From: Dehalococcoidia bacterium
GTDB lineage: Bacteria > Chloroflexota > Dehalococcoidia > Plut-88900
Length of the DNA stretch: 64,000 bases
Assembly: GCA_965197585.1 (NCBI GenBank)
Contig: OZ240215.1
Coordinates: 768,001-832,000, forward strand
Reading direction: 5' to 3'
Under the pieces are notes generated by a model. That model had not been told where the DNA came from. It did no database searches and worked only from the letters and a program-made list of their open reading frames with translations. Positions 9,855-17,700 of the stretch are shown piece by piece; the first letter of the stretch is position 1; each line of letters starts with the position of its first letter. Both the position numbers and the translations under genes were made by a program.

Positions 9855-11305
9855 CAGGCGCTCTGCCGGTACCAGCGTTCTTCCGTCCCGTCGCGGAACA
9901 GGGTGATCTGGCCGCCGCCGTCGGGCTCGATCCGGTAGTAGTCGCGGGCAACCGGCTCCGGGAGCCACCACAGGTCGAAGGTCCACATGTCGTCTATGCG
10001 GGCCACCCGCCGCCATCGTCTCCGAAGCAGCACCGACACAGGGTCGCCCTCCGTTCCCTCCCGCACCTCCACCGGCTGCGGCGGGTGGAGGGGCCTGATG
10101 GCGTCCCTGCCCGACGGGTCGATGGGCACCTGCAGGGCACGCATCTCCGGGGCGGGGTGCCACGGCGCGACCTCGGCGATCCGGTGGAGTGTGTGACCGC
10201 CTCCCATCACCGCCTGCAACCTGCGCTCCACCTCGACGAGCCTCCTGCGCCTGTCGTCCTGGAAGTCCTTCAGCAGCCCCATCTGGACGCCCGACTCGCC
10301 GGTGAAGCCAGACAGGGTGACCGTCACGTCCTCGACGGGGTTGTGCGGAGGGTCCGCCTCCAACTTGCTCCGGACGATTTCGGAGGCCCTCTCCCATGCG
10401 CCGACCGGCTGCTTGAACCTGACACTCTTCTCCCAGGGCGGCCAACCGGAAGCCGTGCAGAGGAGGTCCGCCGCGCCCGCGTACCGGCCCCTCATGTCCG
10501 ACCTGGCGTATGCCCGTCTTAGAAGGGCGTCCACGGCGACGAACAGAGCCTGTATGGAGGAGGAGTGGAACGGCAACGACGTGTGCTCGACGACTGACTC
10601 CTCCAACGCCAGGGGTATGACCGGGCTGTCGTCGACACCGTTGCAGAGCGACCACGCCCGCCTGCCTTCGGGCCCGAACCGGTCCGTGAGCACGTGGACG
10701 CTCATCTCTGCGACAGCGCCCACCGTGTGCAGGCCGAATCGATGCAGCTCGGCCTTCACGTCGGCGGAGACGGGCAGCAGGTCGGCGGCGTGCGGGGCCA
10801 GGAACGCCTCCACGTCGTCGGGGACCCTGAACGCCCCGTGCGCGCCGCACGTCAGGGCCGCTACATATGCGGGGAACTTGGCGTCTGCCAGCCCGACGCG
10901 GGGGCTCAGGTACGGAGGAACCGCGTTGAGCAGCGCCGAGACGACCCCAGCCTCGCCCTGGTACAGCCCTTCGAGGCCGTCGATGCGCACGTAGGCGATG
11001 CCGAGCTCTGTCCCCTCAACCCGGTCGCTGATACCCTGTAGGGAGGAGAGCACCCGGCCGAAGACCCGGCGGTAGTGCGGCTCGTCGGAGTCCAGCACGA
11101 CGGCGTTCGCGTGGCGGGACAAGCCCGCCTCCAGGGTCATCCCGGCCGTGACTCCCCAGGCTGAGCGAAAGCGGTCGACGACCAGTGGCCTCGTCCTCGA
11201 AGCGTTCCGGTCGACGATCAGTACGGGCCTGTCCTTCAGCTGGGGCTGCCGGCCCATCTGCACCTTTGCTCTCAGGTGAGTGACGAGCACGCAAGCGACT
11301 CTCAT
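9854..11305 (-). CDS. imuB: Y-family polymerase-like protein ImuB
   Basis: Y-polymerase fold (GVTAGMTL, AYVRIDG, RFGPEG), clamp-like QMGLL, C-terminal WW...RDYY...LFRD...WY region; translationally coupled to dnaE2. Confidence 0.88.
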   Translation of the reverse strand: MRVACVLVTHLRAKVQMGRQPQLKDRPVLIVDRNASRTRPLVVDRFRSAWGVTAGMTLEAGLSRHANAVVLDSDEPHYRRVFGRVLSSLQGISDRVEGTELGIAYVRIDGLEGLYQGEAGVVSALLNAVPPYLSPRVGLADAKFPAYVAALTCGAHGAFRVPDDVEAFLAPHAADLLPVSADVKAELHRFGLHTVGAVAEMSVHVLTDRFGPEGRRAWSLCNGVDDSPVIPLALEESVVEHTSLPFHSSSIQALFVAVDALLRRAYARSDMRGRYAGAADLLCTASGWPPWEKSVRFKQPVGAWERASEIVRSKLEADPPHNPVEDVTVTLSGFTGESGVQMGLLKDFQDDRRRRLVEVERRLQAVMGGGHTLHRIAEVAPWHPAPEMRALQVPIDPSGRDAIRPLHPPQPVEVREGTEGDPVSVLLRRRWRRVARIDDMWTFDLWWLPEPVARDYYRIEPDGGGQITLFRDGTEERWYRQSA

Positions 11306-11346
11306 AGGTCCTCCTCGATCCTTGAGTAGAGGGGTCAGGACGGGAA

Positions 11347-11375
11347 AGGATAGAGAACAGGTGTTCGTTTGTCAA
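11347..11375 (-). promoter_or_regulatory. Sigma70-type promoter with a LexA (SOS) box between -35 and -10
   Basis: Minus strand reads TTGACA-17 bp-TATCCT; the spacer holds CGAACACCTGTTCT (GAAC-N4-GTTC at 11355-11366), the Gram-positive/Dehalococcoides-type LexA box, about 50 bp upstream of imuB. Confidence 0.88.
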
Positions 11376-11554
11376 CCATTCGGCTGAATTCACAACGCTG
11401 TACGAGCGGCGGTGTACCGGGACCAGTGCAACCGAGCAACCATGACGAGTCGGTGGGACAATCCCATGCCGATACCCCGTCATTTGCGCGAGTGCTACCA
11501 TCAACGTCGCATAGCGGCTAGGATAGTTTCGAGCAATCGGAGGGTGTATGGCCG

Positions 11555-12358
11555 ATGGCGGAGCTAGGACCGGCAACGACACGACGGACGAGGACTGGGG
11601 TCAACTACGCCAGCCAGTGGAATCACTTCGTCGCGTGGTCCCGGGCTTCAGGGAAGTGTTCGCTGCCCGCTTCCCCCGAGGACGTGGCGGCATACCTCGA
11701 AGACCGGTCGGGGACGGGCGCGAGGCCATCGACCCTGCGGGTGGTGGCTGCGGCGATAGCCCGCAGCCACAGGGACGCCGGTTTCGACGTGCCGATCCAT
11801 AAAGGCCCCGCCCGGACCGCGCTGGAAGAGTTGACGCAGGAGGACTCCCACCGCCCGGCCAGGGCGCTCCCCCTGGACCTGGACTGCTATCTCGCCATCA
11901 GGAAGACGGCCCAACAGCCCCGTAGGGGAAGGGGCGGCCGGCTGGAACGCACCGCGAGCGCCCGCAGGCGGGGAGCGATGGACATTGCCATGATCGGCCT
12001 GATGCGGGATGCGAGGCTGAGGGTGAGCGAGGCGGCCGACCTGACCTGGGGCGACATCGAGCGTCAGCGCGGCGGCTCGGGACGCGTTCGCGTCGTGGGA
12101 GACGGGGAGACCAGCCACCGCGAGGTGAGCGCCGACACGATGAAGTTGCTCCTGCCGGTACGACGGGGCGCGGGCGACGACGAGCCCGTTCTCGGCATGA
12201 GGCCCAACCAGATAGCGAGACGGATAGACGCGGCGGCGAGACAGGCCGGCCTGGGCGAGGGCTACTCCGGCGACAGCCCCCGGCTGGGCATGATCCGGGA
12301 CATGGAGACCGTCGGCGTACACCTGCTGGGTGCCTACGCCGCAGAGAGCGCACGCTAG
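11555..12358 (+). CDS. Cre-like tyrosine recombinase paralog, predicted catalytically inactive
   Basis: Core-binding domain and MRDARLRVSE retained; HxxR is DSPR; RSKTD lysine loop missing; ends before the W/Y box. Confidence 0.75.
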   Translation: MAELGPATTRRTRTGVNYASQWNHFVAWSRASGKCSLPASPEDVAAYLEDRSGTGARPSTLRVVAAAIARSHRDAGFDVPIHKGPARTALEELTQEDSHRPARALPLDLDCYLAIRKTAQQPRRGRGGRLERTASARRRGAMDIAMIGLMRDARLRVSEAADLTWGDIERQRGGSGRVRVVGDGETSHREVSADTMKLLLPVRRGAGDDEPVLGMRPNQIARRIDAAARQAGLGEGYSGDSPRLGMIRDMETVGVHLLGAYAAESAR

Positions 12359-12763
12359 CCGTAGGCATCCCCCAATAGGGCGTTACGCCACGGGCCCGGA
12401 CGCCGGGCTCGCTCAAGGGTCCCTGTAGAGATCGGTACCCGCTCTCAGCCCCGACTCGCCGTGGGGGCCCCTGGAGCATCCTTCGAGCCCCCAAAATCGT
12501 TACACTATATATAGGAGACGAAATTTGTAGCCGCCTCGGGAGGGAAGGGATTCCCGGAGGGGTCTACGAGCAGCTCCGGCATAGCAGGGTCAACATCCGT
12601 CCCGGCCTGAAAAAATCGTATGTTTTCAATAGAGACGGCATCTCATAACGATGCGGCCATTGACGAGAAAAGAGGAGGTACAGCATGGGGTTAAATGGGA
12701 GCCCGGAAGGGGGCGGATAGGAGAGAGGGTTTCGTTCCAGCCGGCAGTCTCAGCCGCTAATGC

Positions 12764-12797
12764 TAAAGCGTGTATAAATACATTTATACACCCTGTA
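12764..12797. other. loxP-like recombination site 1 (13-8-13)
   Basis: TAAAGCGTGTATA-AATACATT-TATACACCCTGTA; arms are 11/13 inverted; immediately upstream of the intact recombinase. Confidence 0.7.
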
Positions 12798-12808
12798 GCT
12801 AAACGACA

Positions 12809-14089
12809 ATGAAAGCGGCTAGGAGACAAATGACACAGGGTAAGCCGGATCTCGAACAGTACTTTCCCGCCGGTCTGCGGCTACTCGAACACCGCCCGGC
12901 AGGCGGAGGCGAGAGCGAACGAGAGCAGGCCCGCGCCCTTCTTTCAGGACCTCAAGCCAGGATAAGCAGGCTCCGGGACTTTGCGGACTTCGACGAGCCT
13001 TCCCGGCCCGAGCCGGCCCGTGCAGCAGGCCGCACCCGGAACCGGGGCGGCTACCGGAGCGAGGCGGATGCGGGCGCTCTCATCACCGTCGCTCCCACCG
13101 ACCTCACGGGCGTGTTCGAGGTGGAACCGGACGATCCCTCTCGAAACGGCGCCAATCTTGCGGAGTCGGACCTGGACAACCTGACCGCGGTCCTCGGCCA
13201 CGAGGTCGCCCCCAATACGATGAAGAACTACCGGGTCCAGTGGAACAATTTCATAAACTGGGCGGCCGGCAAGGGCGTACGGGCGCTGCCCGCCGACCCG
13301 CGGCACGTCGCCGCATACCTGGCCGAGCGCATCGAAGAGCACGGCCACAAGCCCGCGACGCTGCGGGCCGCGGCGGCGGCCATAGCGTTCATCCACAGGT
13401 CCGCCGGGCAGGACGACCCCTGCGCCAGCCCCGAGGTCAAGCGAACGCTCAGGAGCGCAACGCGCAAGGCCGGCAGGGGCCAGAAGCAGGCTCAGGCGCT
13501 CACGGACGAGGCGCTCGTCGCCATCCGGTCGACCGCCTGCAGCCCTCGTCCCGGCCGGGGCGGCAGGCCGGAGGGCCGGGAGACCGCCAGGTGCAGGGGG
13601 AACCTGGACATAGCGCTGATCAGCCTGATGCGCGACGCCATGCTCAGAGTGTCCGAGGCCGCCGTCCTGACCTGGAGCGACATAGTGTCCGAGGCCGACG
13701 GCACGGGACGCCTGCTCATCCGGCGCTCCAAGACGGACTCCGAGGGAGAGGGGGCGGTGGGTTTCCTGTCCGTTCAGACGATGGAGGCGCTCAGGCTGAT
13801 ATGCGGCGCGAGGGTGTCCACGGACAGCGTGTTCGGGCTGCGCCCCAACCAGATCTCACGGCGCATCAAGCAGGCGGCGCAGGCGGCAGGCCTGGGGGAC
13901 GGCTTCAGCGGTCACTCGCCGAGGGTGGGCATGGCCCGGGACCTGGCGAGGGCCGGAATCGAGCTGCCCAGCCTGATGAACGCCGGACGCTGGCGCACCC
14001 CGGCCATGCCCGCTCACTACACCCGCAACGAGACAGCAGGCAAGGGAGCGGTGGCCCAGTTCCACGGCTACTGCCGCCGCGTCGCATGA
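12809..14089 (+). CDS. Cre-like tyrosine recombinase (intact active site); start may be 12830
   Basis: R (DAMLRVSE), K (RRSKTD), HxxR (SGHSPRVG), W (AGRW), Y (PAHY); SGHSxRVG and AGRW are Cre-family-like; AGGAGA precedes ATG 12830. Confidence 0.9.
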   Translation: MKAARRQMTQGKPDLEQYFPAGLRLLEHRPAGGGESEREQARALLSGPQARISRLRDFADFDEPSRPEPARAAGRTRNRGGYRSEADAGALITVAPTDLTGVFEVEPDDPSRNGANLAESDLDNLTAVLGHEVAPNTMKNYRVQWNNFINWAAGKGVRALPADPRHVAAYLAERIEEHGHKPATLRAAAAAIAFIHRSAGQDDPCASPEVKRTLRSATRKAGRGQKQAQALTDEALVAIRSTACSPRPGRGGRPEGRETARCRGNLDIALISLMRDAMLRVSEAAVLTWSDIVSEADGTGRLLIRRSKTDSEGEGAVGFLSVQTMEALRLICGARVSTDSVFGLRPNQISRRIKQAAQAAGLGDGFSGHSPRVGMARDLARAGIELPSLMNAGRWRTPAMPAHYTRNETAGKGAVAQFHGYCRRVA

Positions 14090-14130
14090 ACGGGGCTCTT
14101 AATTTAGGAAGAGAATCCTTGCAACGGGGA

Positions 14131-14158
14131 TTGACTTGACCTGGCGAATTGTGATAAT
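14131..14158 (+). promoter_or_regulatory. Putative sigma70 promoter pointing toward the surface sulfatase
   Basis: TTGACT-16 bp-GATAAT with TGn extension (TGTGATAAT), between the recombinase stop and lox-like site 2. Confidence 0.5.
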
Positions 14159-14212
14159 TTTTGGCCCATGAAGCGGTTAACCACCGCCTCCAGCGGTATT
14201 AGAGGAGACAAT

Positions 14213-14246
14213 AAAAGCGTGTATAAATGTATTTATACACCCTCTG
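14213..14246. other. loxP-like recombination site 2 (13-8-13)
   Basis: AAAAGCGTGTATA-AATGTATT-TATACACCCTCTG; the spacer is the exact reverse complement of the site 1 spacer. Confidence 0.7.
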
Positions 14247-14733
14247 GCTTGAGAAACTCCTACGGGTCGCCGCCTGCGCCTGCCCGTCGCGCCGGACGGA
14301 CCGGCGGGATGACAACGCTGACGGCCCATCACTCCCAATGGTGTGCTCACTGGGGAGAAATTACCCCATCCGGCGGGAACGAGGATACCGAGTACTACGG
14401 TGACGCCCGCAATGGAGAGGCACTGGCCCCTCCGATAACACTTCTCTCGTTTGTCTGTGGTGAAAGGAATACTGAGCCGGGCCTCACCTGCGCCGAGTTC
14501 ATCGATCCTCCTGCCCAATCACGACCGGGCCAGGTTCTCACCTCGGCGGCCGTAGAGCGCATCTCCCGCGGCATAGTGGTCTCGATCCCGCTCAAGTCAT
14601 CCCCGGCCGACTACACCGTGTTCATTATGAACAACGCTATTGCCCAAGCAGTGCCTATCTTCCACCGAACATACGAAAAAGTGGTGGCTTGTTGGCCCCC
14701 GACTAACGCGAATCGGCGAGCCGGAGGTAAGTC

Positions 14734-17700
14734 ATGAGAGCCTCCCGGAGTCTTGCGACGCTCCCACTGATTCTCCTCGGACTGACGGCCATCGCCGCCC
14801 TGGTGCTCATACCCTGGGTTGTCCAGGCACAGAGCCAGACGTCAGATGAGAATACAGTGGTTTGGTCGGCCGACATGTATGTCGTGGAATACACCTCCGT
14901 TTCCATTGGAGCTGCCAGCGCCGACCTTTTCTCCAACATAGGGGGCAGCGGAAACCTTAACATAAAGTCGCTTTGGTCCCATGTTCCTAACCGTGATATC
15001 CACCTGAGCTTCGAAGATGGGGTTCCCGATGCCGCGGACTATACGCTCAAAGTTGGCGACCTCACTCTGGAATTTCCAAAGGGAAGTTCCGAGAACAGTA
15101 GCTTCAAATGGGCGGATGTGGACGTCGATTGGGAGGACGGACAGACGATTCCTGTGAGCATCGTCCCAACGTCGGTGCTGGTGAAACCCACTCCCAACAG
15201 TGATGCCACCGGTCTGCCGACCATCAGCGGTACGCCCCAAGTGAGGGAGACCCTGACGGCGGATACGGCGGACATTGCCGACGGGGATGGGCTGAACAAC
15301 GTTGCTTACCGATACCAGTGGGTCGCCGGGGGTTCGGACATCAACGGGGCCACCGGTTCAACCTACACCCTGACTACCAGCGAGCAGGGCAAGACCATCA
15401 AGGTGAAGGTGTCCTTCACTGACGACGCCGATAACGAGGAGACCCTGACCAGCGAAGCTACGGTGGAGGTAGCTGCGGCGCCCAACCGTGATGCCACGGG
15501 CGCGCCGACCATCAGCGGGACGCCCCAGGTGAGGGAGACCCTGACGGCGGATACGGCGGACATTGCCGACGGGGACGGGCTGAGCAACGTTACTTACCGA
15601 TTCCAGTGGATCACGAATAACGGGTACGCCGACGCGGACATTGAGGACGCAACGGACTCCACCTATACCCTGTCCGACACCGATGTGGGCAAGACCATCA
15701 AGGTTCGGGTCTCATTCGCCGACGCCGCCGATAACGACGAGTCCCTGACCAGCGTGGGGACAACAGCAGTTCTCGCCACCGTACCCACACAGCCTTTGAG
15801 CCTGGCCGTGGCAACAGGAGACCAAATCCAGGAACTTGATGCGTCTTGGCAGGCCCCCTCATCCAACGGTGGTTCCGCCATCACTGGATACAAGGTGCAG
15901 TGGAAGGAGGCGGCCGACAGCTGGGACACCGCAGCGGACGTTTCCGAGGCCACGGTGACCGGGACTACGGACACTATCACCGGATTGACTGGAGGGGTGG
16001 CATACGCCGTTCGGGTCATAGCCAGCAACGTCATGGGCTACGGTCCGGCATCTACCGAGGCGGCGGGCACGCCTAGCGGAGGCATCTCGGAGCAGAACAC
16101 CGAGTCTGAGAACTCTGCGCCCGCCGGCCTGCCCACCATCAGCGGGACGCCCGAGGCGGAACAGACGCTGACGGCGGACACCTCGGCCATTACCGACGGG
16201 GACGGGTTGACCAATGTTTCCTACGGCTACCAGTGGATCAGGAACGACGGGAACGCCGACGCCGACATTGAGGATGCAACGGACTCGACCTACAAGCTGT
16301 CCGACGCCGACGTGGGCAAGACCATCAAGGTGAAGGTGAGCTTCACCGATGACGCTGACAACCAGGAGACCCTCACCAGCGCGGCTACTGACGAAGTGGT
16401 GGCGGCCCAGGCAAGCAGTCAAGGCACCACTCTTCCTACCGTCATCGGACCTGCCGTGGTCGACCAGACGCTGACCGTGTCCACGTCGGACATCGCCGAC
16501 GACGACGGACTGACCAACGTTTCCTACAGTTACCAGTGGATTCGCAGCGGCACCAACGGTGACACCGACATAGCGGGCCAGACAGCATCCACGTACACGC
16601 TGGTCGCCGCAGATGTGGGCAACGCAATCAAGGTCAAGGTGTCCTTCGATGACGACGCCAACAACCAGGAGACTCGCACCAGCGAGGCGACCGCGACCGT
16701 GGTGGCCAAGCCGAACGTGATTGTTATTCTAGTGGATGACCTGGGGTACAACGACGTCAGCTACAACGGCGCCACGCAGATTCAGACGACAAACATAGAC
16801 CGCCTGGCCAGCCGCGGCGTTACATTCACGAATGGATATGTGCCCTACTCAACTTGCACTCCGTCCCGAGCTGGCCTTCTGACCGGTCGTTACCCGTCAA
16901 GGTTCGGTTTGGAAGGCAACCTGGCGTACGCTCCCTTTGACGATAACCATGGGCTTCCACTAGAGGAAACGCTCTTTCCCGAAAGACTTCAAGACGAAGG
17001 CTATCGGACTGGTATCGTGGGCAAGTGGCAGCTTGGAGCCGCACGGAGATTCAACCCGCTTAACCGGGGATTCGACTACTTCTTCGGTTTCCTGGGCGGT
17101 GGGCACAGCTATTGGCACTCAAATACGACGTCCCCGCACGACCACATGCAACTCCCGCTCATCGAGAACACCGGTTACGGAGAGTTCGACGGATATTTGA
17201 CGGACGTCCTCACCGACAGAGCAATAGACTTTATCGAGAAACCAACGGACGAACCCTTTTTCCTCTACCTGGCCTACAACGCGCCACACACTCCACTACA
17301 GGCCCCGCAGGAACTCATCGACAAGTACTCCACCGTTGAAGACCGCAAGCGGCGCATCTACCTCGCAATGGTGGACTCGCTCGACCAGAACATCGGCAGA
17401 GTGCTGGACGCCCTGGACGAATCCTCCCTCGCCGACAACACCGTCATCTTCTTCCTCAGCGACAACGGCGGCCGGTCCGGCAAGCCTCCGGAATCAGACC
17501 ACGCCGACAACAACCCGCTCCGCGGCGCGAAAGACAGTTTCTACGAAGGCGGAATACACGTACCTTTTGTCGCTTCATGGCCAGCCATGTGGCCCGAAGG
17601 GCACACCTACGATCCTATGGTCATCAGCCTGGACATAGCCTCTACCGTCCTGAAGCTGGCAAACGCCACCTCCGAAGACCCCGACAGGCCGATCGACGGA

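Noticed and set aside
9855-10850. N-terminal extension of the 1380-aa ORF, suggesting an ImuB-DnaE2 frameshift fusion
   Set aside because: Arg/Gly/Pro-rich off-frame translation of GC-rich imuB; DnaE2 has its own coupled ATG at 9854 and I saw no slippery site
11541-11550. AGGGTGTAT resembling a lox half-site
   Set aside because: No second arm 8 bp away; it coincides with the RBS region of the 11555 gene
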